Assembly: GCA_051879895.1 (NCBI GenBank)
Contig: JBJEMX010000006.1
Span: 5,465-69,464, forward strand
Reading direction: 5' to 3'
DNA length: 64,000 bases
From: Lachnospiraceae bacterium
Lineage (GTDB): Bacteria; Bacillota; Clostridia; Lachnospirales; Lachnospiraceae
Shown piece after piece: positions 28,063-38,323 of the stretch; positions within the stretch are counted from its first letter, which is position 1; the number at the start of each line of letters is the position of its first letter. The translations under genes were made by a program, and so were the position numbers. The notes under the pieces were generated by a model. That model was not told the DNA's origin and did no database searches. It was given only the letters and a program-made list of their open reading frames with translations.

Positions 28063-29016
28063 TTACTCTTCCCGTCTGAACTTACTAGAATCCCAGTCTT
28101 CATCATAGTAATAATGATAAAACTGAACCGCCATTCCTTCCGGTTCATAACTATAGTGCATAATATCAAAGGATTCTATTTCCTTTGCTTCCAATTTCTC
28201 ACAGGCTTCCTGCATTGCAAAAGTAAGCAGCATCTCCTCTTCCAGATAGGGCAGTTCTATGCATCTCTCTATAGAATCAAGGGAGCAAATCTCTTGCATC
28301 CGACTGTACAATGGATAATATTTGGCATCCAGCCTGTTTTTTGACGCACTTGCCGTGCCTTCCTCTTCTGCATCCTTCAGCCACGCTTCATATTCATCAC
28401 GGTACTCTTCCAAATCCACAATTTTTCCGTCCACATAAAGAGCCATACAGGCTTCTCCCCTCACACCTCTTATTCCCCGATATGGCACATACCCCTCCAA
28501 CTCTTTCAAATCATCTTCATCGGAATCCTGCGTAATGCCGTCTGCCGTTTTAAAAGTGCAGTTGTATTTTTCGTAAAATAGATACTCATCAACTATAATC
28601 GGGCATATTTCCGGGTTAAAGCTGATAATAGACGACTCCCTTGCAAAAATTACAGTTATAGAATCAGTATAATCAGAAAGTTTATACCCCTTCAAATATT
28701 TGCCGTTCTCATCATATTCAATCATTTGTGATGGCTCTATCGGTTGTAAATCATTTTCTGCCATCTCTCCGACAACCTTTTGGAAATCATCGGAAAGGTC
28801 GTATTTTTCCCCATTGATAGTAACTGTCATGATTTCACTGGTTGCATTGGTATCCGTACCTGCTCCTGAAAACAAATCAAAGTTCAGTCCCAGGCCTGCA
28901 TCCTCTTCTTTTCCTTCCTCGTCCTTTCCCGCTCCGGTCACAGGTGCATTGTTACATGCGGCAAGTCCGAGTGTCATACATACTGCCAGTATCAAACTGA
29001 TAACTTTTTTCTTCAT
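28063..29016 (-). CDS. acidic lipoprotein of unknown function
   Basis: MKKKVISLILAVCMTLGLAAC lipobox; GGAGG RBS. Confidence 0.75.
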   Translation of the reverse strand: MKKKVISLILAVCMTLGLAACNNAPVTGAGKDEEGKEEDAGLGLNFDLFSGAGTDTNATSEIMTVTINGEKYDLSDDFQKVVGEMAENDLQPIEPSQMIEYDENGKYLKGYKLSDYTDSITVIFARESSIISFNPEICPIIVDEYLFYEKYNCTFKTADGITQDSDEDDLKELEGYVPYRGIRGVRGEACMALYVDGKIVDLEEYRDEYEAWLKDAEEEGTASASKNRLDAKYYPLYSRMQEICSLDSIERCIELPYLEEEMLLTFAMQEACEKLEAKEIESFDIMHYSYEPEGMAVQFYHYYYDEDWDSSKFRREE

Positions 29017-29324
29017 TTGTCTGCCTCCCTCATCGGTCTGAAGTTTTTCATTTCATCCAGTATACCATATTCCGTGATAAAAAACACCATAAAAAATTAT
29101 TTTGTCATATTTTATCATAATGAAGTTTTTAAACGCAATCTAATACACTATTTTTCAAAATTATGTATTGCCAAAAAAGCTTTTCTGTGCTAAACTAAAT
29201 TCAAAGCATATTTTCTCTGTATAGTGTCAATTTTTCTTAAATTCTATTCATTTCAGAAAATCCATGCTTTTCCAAACTAATTTGAAAGCAGGAGTTTCTG
29301 AACACTCCTGCGAAGGAGGTACAT

Positions 29325-30272
29325 ATGAATAATGAAAGCAACACCCTTTCCGTAAAGGAAAACCGTAACTACAAGGACACTCTCTTTCGTATGATTTTTA
29401 GGGAACCCAAAGAGTTGTTGAGTCTCTACAATGCCTTAAACGGTACGGCTTATGACGACCCTTCCAAGTTAGAAATCGTAACCTTGGAAAATGCCATCTA
29501 CATGACCATGAAAAATGATTTGGCCTGCGTTGTAGACTGTCACCTGAACCTGTATGAGCACCAAAGCAGTGTAAATCCCAACATGCCCTTGCGTGACCTG
29601 CTCTACGTCGCCAGAGAATATGAAAAAGTCATCACGGATACCACCTTCTACTCTGCCAAACAGTTAAAAATACCGGCACCCAATTTTGTAGTCTTCTACA
29701 ACGGTACGGCTTATCAACCTGAACGTGTGGAAATGAAACTCTCCGATGCTTTTCAAGTTCCAGTGAAAAATCCTGCTTTGGAGTTAAAGGTCATTCAATT
29801 AAATATTAACGTTGGCTTTAATAAAGAGTTAATGAAAAATTGTCAGACACTTCAAGAATATGCCCTTTATGTAGAACGTGTCAGAAAGTATGCAAAGCAG
29901 AAACCATTATCAGAAGCAGTAAACATCGCCGTACAAGAATGTATCAAAGAAGGTATCCTATCCAATTTTCTACGGCACTACAGAGCGGAGGCAGTCATGA
30001 TAAGTATATTTGAATATGACGAAGAGCGTGAAATGGAGCTCATTAAACAATCTATACGAGAACTGGAACGTGAAGAAGGCCGTGAAGAAGGCCGACAAGA
30101 AGGTCTACAAGAAGGTCTGCAAGAAGGCCGACAAGAGGGTCGGCAAGAGGGCATACTTGCCGTTCTCTCCTTATGCTCCGAATTTGGATTATCCAAAGAA
30201 GACTCCTTAAAACAGCTTATGGATAAATTTCATTTATCCAAGGAACAGGCTGTACAATATTTAAACGACTAA
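29325..30272 (+). CDS. Rpn-family (PD-(D/E)XK, 'recombination-promoting nuclease/putative transposase') protein
   Basis: YKDTLFRMIF, KND, LYEHQS..NPNMPLR, P.FVVFYNG, C-terminal (R/L)(E/Q)EG repeats; AAGGAGG RBS. Confidence 0.82.
   Translation: MNNESNTLSVKENRNYKDTLFRMIFREPKELLSLYNALNGTAYDDPSKLEIVTLENAIYMTMKNDLACVVDCHLNLYEHQSSVNPNMPLRDLLYVAREYEKVITDTTFYSAKQLKIPAPNFVVFYNGTAYQPERVEMKLSDAFQVPVKNPALELKVIQLNINVGFNKELMKNCQTLQEYALYVERVRKYAKQKPLSEAVNIAVQECIKEGILSNFLRHYRAEAVMISIFEYDEEREMELIKQSIRELEREEGREEGRQEGLQEGLQEGRQEGRQEGILAVLSLCSEFGLSKEDSLKQLMDKFHLSKEQAVQYLND
29997..30272 (+). CDS. candidate internally initiated small Rpn C-terminal protein (RpnS-like antitoxin, 91 aa)
   Basis: GGAGG (29987-29991), 5 nt, then in-frame ATG (codon 225): MISIFEYDEERE... 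Confidence 0.5.
   Translation: MISIFEYDEEREMELIKQSIRELEREEGREEGRQEGLQEGLQEGRQEGRQEGILAVLSLCSEFGLSKEDSLKQLMDKFHLSKEQAVQYLND
30069..30152 (+). repeat. 7 x 12-bp in-frame tandem repeat in Rpn
   Basis: CGTGAAGAAGGC-type units encoding REEG REEG RQEG LQEG LQEG RQEG RQEG. Confidence 0.9.
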
Positions 30273-30288
30273 ATAATCCGATTGTTTA

Positions 30289-30322
30289 AGGGGGCTGTCG
30301 CAGACAACTGCGACAGCCCCCT
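30289..30322. repeat. perfect GGGGGCTGTCGCAG hairpin; short or empty form of the element at 1631 and 14207; likely bidirectional terminator
   Basis: AGGGGGCTGTCGCAG-ACAA-CTGCGACAGCCCCCT between convergent rpn and yitT. Confidence 0.8.
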
Positions 30323-30330
30323 ATTTCTTT

Positions 30331-31254
30331 TTACAACTTCTCACTAAAATAACTCTTATACCCTTCCCCATAGATTTCCGTAGCACTGGTTACAATCATA
30401 AATGCCTCCGGGTCTTCTTCTTTGATAATATCCTCTGTACGGGGTGCAAGCTGCTTACGCATCACACACATAATAACCTTTTTGTTTATGCCGCTGTATG
30501 CTCCCTGACCGTTGATATACGTAACACCGATATTCAGCTCTTCCAGAAGCCGGGTTGTAATTTTATCTGCTTTGTCACTGATAATATAAATCAGCTTGGC
30601 ACCATCCCTGCCATACAATACAAGGTCGAGTACGAAGGATGCTACAAACACCGTAATACCGGCATATAACGCCCTGTCTATATCCTTAAACACAAATGCT
30701 GATGCCGTTACAACTATCGCATCCAAAAGCAGATACAATGCACCGGTTTTCATGTAAGGTATTTTCAAACGCAGCACTTTAATAATAATATCCGTGCCAC
30801 CGGTGGTAGAACCCGCTTTAAACACACCGCCCATACCGACTGCCAACAACACTGCACCTGAAAGGGCTGCCAGCAGAGGTTCTTCTGTAATTGCACCGTA
30901 CTTTCCCATGGTATCCGTCAAAAAGGAAGTCAATATAATACAGTATACCGTTGACACAATCAGTTTACCGCCCAGTTTCCACAAGCCCAAAAGCATAATC
31001 GGAATATTCAGTAAGAATATCATGGTACCGGTACTGACAGAAAATAATCTGTTTAAAATGATTGCAATACCTGTCACTCCTCCGGGAGCCAGATTATTGG
31101 GGTCTAAAAACAGGCTGATTGCCGCAGCATAGCAGAAGCTGCCGGCAGTCATTAAAAGAAATCTGCTGATTCTTTTTTTCCATATTTTTTTTGCAGATAT
31201 CGCTTTTTCACTTACCTTTGTATCTTTTTCTTTTCTGATTTCTGTATTTCCCAT
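30331..31254 (-). CDS. YitT-family membrane protein
   Basis: LAPGGVTGIAII, STTGGTDI, GVT...G.GAYS, DPEAF, EIYGEG. Confidence 0.9.
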   Translation of the reverse strand: MGNTEIRKEKDTKVSEKAISAKKIWKKRISRFLLMTAGSFCYAAAISLFLDPNNLAPGGVTGIAIILNRLFSVSTGTMIFLLNIPIMLLGLWKLGGKLIVSTVYCIILTSFLTDTMGKYGAITEEPLLAALSGAVLLAVGMGGVFKAGSTTGGTDIIIKVLRLKIPYMKTGALYLLLDAIVVTASAFVFKDIDRALYAGITVFVASFVLDLVLYGRDGAKLIYIISDKADKITTRLLEELNIGVTYINGQGAYSGINKKVIMCVMRKQLAPRTEDIIKEEDPEAFMIVTSATEIYGEGYKSYFSEKL

Positions 31255-31359
31255 TTCTACTTCCTTTCTGCCTGTAAATATATCTTCCTGCTACATATAT
31301 GCAATTCTTTTACTTTATCTCTTTCCCGCTTTAATATAACAAATTGCTCTTTTATGCAC

Positions 31360-31390
31360 AAAATCCGCATATATAGAATATGCGGATTTT
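31360..31390. terminator. terminator after ilvA
   Basis: AAAATCCGCATAT...ATATGCGGATTTT. Confidence 0.7.
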
Positions 31391-31462
31391 ATAAAAGTAG
31401 TCACACTACAATATGCTACTCTCTTAACTTACATTGAATTAACTTACATTGATATCTTGTTT

Positions 31463-32698
31463 TCAATCAAAAATAGCCTGTACAGTCTGTTTCACTCTGG
31501 GCCTGTAGCCTTCCTTTTCCAATGCGGCAATAATCTGGTTCTTATGCTCCGTACCAAATGCTTCCAGCGTGATACGCAGTTCCACTGCTGCATTACGGTT
31601 GGTAGATACAAACTGGTTGTGCTCCAGCTTGATAACGTTACCGCTCTGGGCTGCCACAATACCTGCTACCTTGTAAAGTTCACCTGGTTTATCCGGCAGG
31701 AGTATGGATACCGTAAACACACGATCCCTAAAAATCAGTCCCTGCTGTACCACGGAGGACATAGTAATAATGTCCATGTTTCCGCCGCTTAAAATAGACA
31801 CAATCTTTTTATCCTTTACATCCAGATGCTTTAAGGCCGCCACTGTTAACAGACCGGAATTTTCCACCACCATCTTATGATTTTCTACCATATCAAGGAA
31901 GGCAACTACCAGTTCTGCATCCTCTACCGTGATGATATCATCGAGATTCTCTTGTATGTAAGGAAGCAGCTTATCTCCGGGAGTCTTTACTGCGGTGCCG
32001 TCCGCAATGGTATTCACTGAGGGAAGGGTAACTACCTTGCCAGCTTTTACAGATGCCTGCATACAGTTTGCACCGGCCGGCTCTACACCGATTACTTTTA
32101 TTTTAGGATTTAAAAGCTTTGCCAATGTGGAAACGCCTGTCGCCAGACCGCCGCCGCCGATAGGCACTAAGATATAGTCCACTAACGGCAGTTCCTTAAA
32201 AATTTCCATGGCTATGGTTCCCTGTCCGGTTGCCACTGTCAGATCATTAAACGGGTGAATAAAGGTATAACCTTTTTCGTCTGCCAGTTCATATGCCTTT
32301 GCACATGCTTCATCATATACATCACCGCACAGTACCACTTCTGCACCATAGCTCTTGGTACGGTTTACCTTCATCAACGGTGTAGTGGTCGGCATTACGA
32401 TAGTGGCCTTTACCCCATAGCATTTTGCAGCATACGCGACACCCTGTGCATGATTGCCTGCAGATGCGGTAATGACTCCCTTAGCTCTCTGTTCATCAGA
32501 AAGAGTGCTCATTGCGTAGTAGGCACCTCTTACCTTGTAAGCTCCCGTAAACTGCATGTTTTCCGGTTTCAGATATACTCTGTTACCGGTCTGTGCACTT
32601 AAATAATCACTATAAACCAGTTTGGTTTCCAAGGTTACCCGCTTTACTACTTCGGAAGCCTCTTCAAATTTATCCAACGTTAACATTTTTTCTTCCAT
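31463..32698 (-). CDS. ilvA: threonine ammonia-lyase with C-terminal ACT domain
   Basis: KPENMQFTGAYKVRG, SAGNHAQG, PIGGGGL, LSGGN, PDKPGEL. Confidence 0.93.
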   Translation of the reverse strand: MEEKMLTLDKFEEASEVVKRVTLETKLVYSDYLSAQTGNRVYLKPENMQFTGAYKVRGAYYAMSTLSDEQRAKGVITASAGNHAQGVAYAAKCYGVKATIVMPTTTPLMKVNRTKSYGAEVVLCGDVYDEACAKAYELADEKGYTFIHPFNDLTVATGQGTIAMEIFKELPLVDYILVPIGGGGLATGVSTLAKLLNPKIKVIGVEPAGANCMQASVKAGKVVTLPSVNTIADGTAVKTPGDKLLPYIQENLDDIITVEDAELVVAFLDMVENHKMVVENSGLLTVAALKHLDVKDKKIVSILSGGNMDIITMSSVVQQGLIFRDRVFTVSILLPDKPGELYKVAGIVAAQSGNVIKLEHNQFVSTNRNAAVELRITLEAFGTEHKNQIIAALEKEGYRPRVKQTVQAIFD

Positions 32699-33668
32699 TT
32701 ACATTCTCCTCCTCAGCGTTCTCTGCCTGCATATCCTCTGCTTTTACATCAAACAGTGCATTCACAAAATCATCGGAATTAAATTTCTGCAAATCTTCGA
32801 TGGTTTCTCCCACACCGATGTACTTCACAGGCACCTGCAGTTCGGACTGGATTGCTACCGCAATGCCACCCTTGGCTGTACCATCCATCTTGGTTAAGAC
32901 AATACCTGTAAGCTCGGCTACATCACCGAATTCTTTTGCCTGCATCAAGGCATTCTGTCCTGTGGTGCCGTCAAGAACAATCAGGTTCTCTCTGTGGGCA
33001 TTGGGAAATTCCCTGTCTATAATGCGGTTCATCTTTCGCAGCTCTTCCATCAGATTCTTCTTGTTGTGAAGACGTCCTGCCGTATCGATTAGCAATACAT
33101 CTGCATTTCTTGCCTTTGCCGCTGCTACTGCATCAAAAACCACACTGGCAGGGTCGCTTCCTTCCATACCGCCAATCATATCTACACCGGCTCTGTGTGC
33201 CCACTCTTTTAACTGGTCTCCGGCGGCTGCACGGAAAGTATCTGCCGCCGCAATCAAAACCTTTCTTCCTTCTGACTTTAACTTGCCCGCAAGCTTACCT
33301 ACGGTAGTAGTCTTTCCCACCCCGTTTACACCGATTACCATTACAATGGACTGCTCTTTTTCAAAATCATAAGCCGTTTCGCCTATCTGCATCTGCTCCT
33401 TGATGCTGTCAATCAAAAGCTGTTTGCAGTCCTCAGGCTCCTTAATATGCTGCTGTTTTACTTCTGCTTTCAGTCTTTCTATAATGTCTGTAGTCGCTTT
33501 GACGCCGATATCCCCCATAATCAGAATTTCTTCCAGCTCTTCGTAAAACTCTTCATCAATGGAGGAAAATCCACTGAATACAGCATCAATGCCTTTTACA
33601 ATATTATTTCTGGTCTTTTGCAGACCAGCCTTTAAGCGGGCAAAAAAGCCTTTCTTTTCTTCGCTCAA
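32670..33668 (-). CDS. ftsY: SRP receptor FtsY
   Basis: GVNGVGKTT, DTFRAAA, DTAGR, TKMDGTAKGG; TTG start after AAAGGAGG. Confidence 0.96.
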   Translation of the reverse strand: MSEEKKGFFARLKAGLQKTRNNIVKGIDAVFSGFSSIDEEFYEELEEILIMGDIGVKATTDIIERLKAEVKQQHIKEPEDCKQLLIDSIKEQMQIGETAYDFEKEQSIVMVIGVNGVGKTTTVGKLAGKLKSEGRKVLIAAADTFRAAAGDQLKEWAHRAGVDMIGGMEGSDPASVVFDAVAAAKARNADVLLIDTAGRLHNKKNLMEELRKMNRIIDREFPNAHRENLIVLDGTTGQNALMQAKEFGDVAELTGIVLTKMDGTAKGGIAVAIQSELQVPVKYIGVGETIEDLQKFNSDDFVNALFDVKAEDMQAENAEEENVNGRKNVNVG

Positions 33669-33681
33669 GACAGTGCCTCCT

Positions 33682-36600
33682 TTAATTATCCAAATCCTTG
33701 TCAATCAGATTGACGCTGACAAGGGCAGATACCCCCTTCTCCTGCATGGTAATACCGTAAAGGCGGTCCGCTCTTTCCATGGTACCACGTCTATGGGTGA
33801 TTACAATAAACTGGGTATGCTTGGTCAGCTTATGTAAATACTTTGCAAATCGTCCTACATTCGGTTCATCCAGTGCCGCCTCGATTTCATCCAACAGGCA
33901 GAACGGTGACGGTTTCAGGTTCTGGATTGCAAATAACAGTGCTATTGCCGTCAAAGCCTTTTCACCACCGGATAGCTGCATCATATTCTGAAGCTTCTTT
34001 CCGGGAGGCTGTGCAACAATACGAATGCCTGCTTCCAGAATATCCTCGTCTTCCTGTAGTTCCAGACTACCCTTACCACCGCCAAAAAGCTCTTTGAATA
34101 CTTTATCGAACTCCTTGCCAATTTCAGCAAATTTCTCATTGAACTGCTTACGCATGGCAGCATCCAGTTCTGTGATAATGCCTTCCAGCGTCTTTTCTGC
34201 TTCCACTAAATCATCATGCTGGTTCTTTAAGAAGGTATAACGCTCCATTAGGTTTTTGTAATCTTCAATAGCATTTACATTTACATCACCCAGCTTTTTA
34301 ATCTGGTCCTTTAACACAGCAATATCTCTCTTCATAGCAGCTAAATCCGTCATTTCTTCATTGCGGATAGCCGCTGCATCCGACAGGGTAATTTCGTACT
34401 CATCCCACATGTAGTTAATCTGATTTTCCATAGCTTCTTCAAATTTTTCTTTCTGGGCATTGAGACGATACACTTCTTTATCAAGGGCAGTCATCTGCTC
34501 AGCCAGTTCTTCTCTCTCTTTGAAAAAGTTCTTCTGTTTGGTTGTCAGTTCTTCCTTGCGGGCAATATTGTCAGAAAGCTCTTTCTGGGATTGATTCTGG
34601 GAGGTATGGGAAGCTGCAATGGTCTTCTCAATTTCCAGAATGTTTTTATTCTTTTCCTCTATACTGCGGGCACTCCCCGAAAGTCCCTCGTTAATCTCAG
34701 CCAGTTCGGCTTCATAACGGGCAATTTCACCGTTCATACGGTCTACATTCTGTTGGTGGAATTCCTGGGTCTGAAGCATCTTTTCCACCTTCACATCCCA
34801 GTCTGCTACCTGTGCGGACTTTTCGGTTTCTTCGCCCCTTCGTTCCTCCAACTCCTTCTGGAACAATACAATCTGTTCTTCTACGGATTTTTCCAGTTCC
34901 TCCGAAGCTTCCAGCTCATGCAGAATGTCTGCCTTACTGCCTTTGATATCCAGAATCTGCTTTTCAATTTCCTGCTCTTCATTCTTTAAGGAACGTGAGC
35001 CGGCTTCTGCTTCTTCCATACGCTCTTTTGCGGTTTCCACATTGAGCCTTGCCGTATTCTGTTCAATAAACTTACGCTGGATATCTGCTTTTAAAGCCTC
35101 TAAATCCATACGCAGACGGTTACGCCTATTCTTGGTCTCTTCGATTTCTGTCCGGATGTTTTCCGCCTTTTCCAACAGTTCTTTTGTTTTCTTTTCCAGC
35201 TCTTCAATTTCACGGCGGCGGCCTAAGAGATTACTGTTATTTTTAAAGGCACCGCCACTGATGGCACCGCCGGGCACCAAAAGTTCGCCCTCAATAGTAA
35301 CCATACGGATACCGTAATCAAATTTTCTGGCAATCTTTACCGCATTGTCCACGTTGTCCACTACCACAATACGGCCCAGCATAGCTTTTGATACGTCCTT
35401 GTACTTTTTATCAATCTGTACCAGTTCGTCTGCCATGCCGATAACACCTTTTTCTTTGAGTGCATCAGGATTTTTGAATTCCTGAGGATTCTTAATACTG
35501 GTGAGAGGTAAAAAGGTTGCTCTTCCCAGTTTATTCTTCTTCAGGAAACCAATCATCTTCTTGGCAGTTTCTTCATCATCGGTAACCACATTCTGAATAT
35601 TGCCTCCCAATGCGGTTTCAATGGCTGTTTCATACTTTTTATCTACTTTGATAATGTCTGCAACCACACCGATAATTCCTTTTTCTGACTCTTTCTGCTC
35701 CATTACCTTCTTGACGCTGCCGCCATAGCCCTCATATCGCTCTGTCAGATTGGAAAGTGCCTCCAGCCGGGATTTTTCCTGATGATACTGCTCCTGGGTT
35801 TCTCTAAGTGTGTTATCCTTCTTGGCAAGCATTTCTCTCATGCCAGTCAGTTCTTTTTCTGCGTTTTCCGCATCTCTGTTCATGACAGACAGTTCCCCGG
35901 TAATTGTTTCAAACTGTTCCTGCAATTGCCTGATGTTTTCCCCTTGGGTCGCTTCATCGGATTTTGCACGTAAAAGGCGGGAATTCAGCTCTGCCTTGCG
36001 GATAGCAATCTGCTCTAACATGGTGTCATAGCGTCCCATCTTGGATTTGATGGTGGCACGCTGGTTTAACTCGCCGATAATGGTATTTTTACCGTTTTCG
36101 ATATTGTCATTCAACTCCTGAATCCGGTTCTGTACCTGTTCCAACAGTGCTTTTACTCCGTCTCGTGTGGACATGATTTCCGCAACCTGATCGTCAATGG
36201 CTTTCTTTTCCTGTAAAATATGTTCTTTCTCTACATTTTTGATATCAATTTCAGCCTGCACATTGGTCTGCCGGTTTTTTAAATGCTGCTCATTATCTGC
36301 CGCAGAGTGAATCTGTTCCTTTAAAACATTGATTTCACCCTCTAACTTTCCGCGAAGCACACTGGTATCCGTCAGACTGGTACGTGCTTCTTCGATAGCA
36401 TGCTCCAGACCTTCGATTTCAGCCTGGATACGCTCATACTCTTCCTTGATACCTTCATATCTGGTGCCGGTTGTTTCCAGCTCCTTAGAAGCAATACCGT
36501 ATTTTTCCTCGACGGATAAAAGCTGTTCTTTTAAACGATTATGCTCCAACAGGAACATATTCACGTCCAGTGCCTTTAATTCTTCCTTTTTCTTTAAATA

Positions 36601-37242
36601 AATCTTTGCGGTTTCAGACTGCTTCTCTAAAGGCTTAACCTGCTTTTCCAGTTCGGAAAGAATGTCGTTTACACGCACCAGGTTGGCTTTTTCACCCTCT
36701 AACTTCTTCTGTGCCGCATACTTTCTGCGTTTAAACTTTACAATACCTGCCGCTTCGTCAAACAGTTCTCTTCTTTCTTCCGGCTTACCGCTTAAGATTT
36801 TATCAATCTGACCCTGTCCGATAATAGAATAGCCTTCCTTACCGATACCGGTATCATAAAAGAGTTCGTTTACATCCTTGAGTCTGCAGGCAGAGCCGTT
36901 AATCAGATATTCACTTTCTCCGGAACGGTAGATTCTTCTGGCAACCGTCACCTCATCATAGTCAATTGCCAACTGATGGTCTGCATTGTCTAAAGTAATT
37001 GCCACATAAGCATAGCTTAAGGGCTTTCTGGTCTCTGTTCCCGAGAAAATAACATCCTGCATGGAAGCCCCACGCAGCTGCTTGATTCTCTGTTCTCCCA
37101 GTACCCAGCGCACTGCATCCGCAACGTTACTCTTACCGCTTCCGTTAGGGCCTACGATACCTGTGATACCGTTGTGAAACTGAAATGTAATTTTATTTGC
37201 AAAAGACTTAAATCCGTATACTTCAATACTTTTTAAATACAT
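33682..37242 (-). CDS. smc: chromosome segregation protein SMC
   Basis: GPNGSGKSN, hinge [24 protein letters not shown]. Confidence 0.98.
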   Translation of the reverse strand: MYLKSIEVYGFKSFANKITFQFHNGITGIVGPNGSGKSNVADAVRWVLGEQRIKQLRGASMQDVIFSGTETRKPLSYAYVAITLDNADHQLAIDYDEVTVARRIYRSGESEYLINGSACRLKDVNELFYDTGIGKEGYSIIGQGQIDKILSGKPEERRELFDEAAGIVKFKRRKYAAQKKLEGEKANLVRVNDILSELEKQVKPLEKQSETAKIYLKKKEELKALDVNMFLLEHNRLKEQLLSVEEKYGIASKELETTGTRYEGIKEEYERIQAEIEGLEHAIEEARTSLTDTSVLRGKLEGEINVLKEQIHSAADNEQHLKNRQTNVQAEIDIKNVEKEHILQEKKAIDDQVAEIMSTRDGVKALLEQVQNRIQELNDNIENGKNTIIGELNQRATIKSKMGRYDTMLEQIAIRKAELNSRLLRAKSDEATQGENIRQLQEQFETITGELSVMNRDAENAEKELTGMREMLAKKDNTLRETQEQYHQEKSRLEALSNLTERYEGYGGSVKKVMEQKESEKGIIGVVADIIKVDKKYETAIETALGGNIQNVVTDDEETAKKMIGFLKKNKLGRATFLPLTSIKNPQEFKNPDALKEKGVIGMADELVQIDKKYKDVSKAMLGRIVVVDNVDNAVKIARKFDYGIRMVTIEGELLVPGGAISGGAFKNNSNLLGRRREIEELEKKTKELLEKAENIRTEIEETKNRRNRLRMDLEALKADIQRKFIEQNTARLNVETAKERMEEAEAGSRSLKNEEQEIEKQILDIKGSKADILHELEASEELEKSVEEQIVLFQKELEERRGEETEKSAQVADWDVKVEKMLQTQEFHQQNVDRMNGEIARYEAELAEINEGLSGSARSIEEKNKNILEIEKTIAASHTSQNQSQKELSDNIARKEELTTKQKNFFKEREELAEQMTALDKEVYRLNAQKEKFEEAMENQINYMWDEYEITLSDAAAIRNEEMTDLAAMKRDIAVLKDQIKKLGDVNVNAIEDYKNLMERYTFLKNQHDDLVEAEKTLEGIITELDAAMRKQFNEKFAEIGKEFDKVFKELFGGGKGSLELQEDEDILEAGIRIVAQPPGKKLQNMMQLSGGEKALTAIALLFAIQNLKPSPFCLLDEIEAALDEPNVGRFAKYLHKLTKHTQFIVITHRRGTMERADRLYGITMQEKGVSALVSVNLIDKDLDN

Positions 37243-37946
37243 GTAAGTTTTCCTTCCCAGCCTGCTTCCTTAAAGCCCAGTAACGCTTTATAAGCGGCCT
37301 GCTGTTGGGCTGCCTTCTTGGTTCTCCCCTGTCCTGTTCCAAGCACTTTTCCTTCCATTACTACATTAATGGTAAATACCCTGTCGTGCTCCGGACCGGT
37401 CTCTTCTATAATTTCATAGTGAAATTCTTTTTTCAGATTCTTCTGAATATGCTCCTGCAGATTGCTCTTACTGTCATAAAATAACTGCTTATCCTCTAAA
37501 TCCAGCAATACATACCTATGAATAAACTCTCTTGCTGCATCCATGCCTCCGTCCAGATAAATGGCACCGATAATGGCCTCCATTACGTCTGCAATAATCG
37601 AGTCTCTCTCTCTTCCACCGCCGACTTCTTCTCCTTTACCCAGACGCATAAACTTTTCCACTTCCAAATCTCTCGCGCACATAGCCAAAGACGGTTCACA
37701 TACCATTGCTGCACGGATTTTTGAAAGCTGTCCTTCCGTTTTTTCCGAATATTCATGGTATAGGAAATCACTCATAACCAGTTCCAAAACAGCATCACCC
37801 AAAAACTCCAGCCGTTCATAGTGCTCCTGTCTTTTGATTTTCTGTTCATTACTAAAGGAACTGTGTGTAATTGCCTGCTGTAAAAGTAACTTTTCTTTAA
37901 AATCATAATTGATTTTTTTCTCAAGTTCTTTCAGAGTATATCCCAT
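37233..37946 (-). CDS. rnc: ribonuclease III
   Basis: ERLEFLGDAVL signature plus dsRBD. Confidence 0.97.
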   Translation of the reverse strand: MGYTLKELEKKINYDFKEKLLLQQAITHSSFSNEQKIKRQEHYERLEFLGDAVLELVMSDFLYHEYSEKTEGQLSKIRAAMVCEPSLAMCARDLEVEKFMRLGKGEEVGGGRERDSIIADVMEAIIGAIYLDGGMDAAREFIHRYVLLDLEDKQLFYDSKSNLQEHIQKNLKKEFHYEIIEETGPEHDRVFTINVVMEGKVLGTGQGRTKKAAQQQAAYKALLGFKEAGWEGKLTCI

Positions 37947-37997
37947 AAGTAGCCTGTCCCTTCCGGATTTCTTTATCAGAATCCCATTGATAAATAA

Positions 37998-38052
37998 AGT
38001 ATTCCTGATACTGCATCCGATGAATACGCTGAATGCAGTATACAGGAATACT
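37998..38052 (-). promoter_or_regulatory. ~21-bp stem-loop in the acpP-rnc intergenic region (candidate RNase III autoregulatory site)
   Basis: Minus strand AGTATTCCTG-T-ATACTGCATTC / GGATGCAGTAT-CAGGAATACT. Confidence 0.6.
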
Positions 38053-38072
38053 AAATAATTTTATGGACAACT

Positions 38073-38306
38073 CTAGTTATTCACTGCCGTCTTAATCATC
38101 TCGACCGCTTCTTCAACAGTTGTAATCTTTTCTGCCTTGTCTGCCGGAATCTCAATGTCAAACTCCTCTTCAATGCCCATGATAATCTGGAATACATCCA
38201 AAGAATCGGCGCCCAAATCATCTGTAAAGGTTGACTCTAAGGTGATTTCTTCGGGATCCACATTTAATACTTCCGCGATTACTTTTTTCAGTTTTTCAAA
38301 TTCCAT
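38073..38306 (-). CDS. acpP: acyl carrier protein
   Basis: DLGADSLD phosphopantetheine site. Confidence 0.97.
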   Translation of the reverse strand: MEFEKLKKVIAEVLNVDPEEITLESTFTDDLGADSLDVFQIIMGIEEEFDIEIPADKAEKITTVEEAVEMIKTAVNN

Positions 38307-38323
38307 AGCTTAATCCTTCTTTC

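Noticed and set aside
29325-30272. Rpn gene as an IS transposase or the mobiliser of the palindromic element
   Set aside because: No terminal repeats or target duplication around the gene, and Rpn proteins lack DDE/HUH motifs; adjacency to the 30289 hairpin alone is insufficient.
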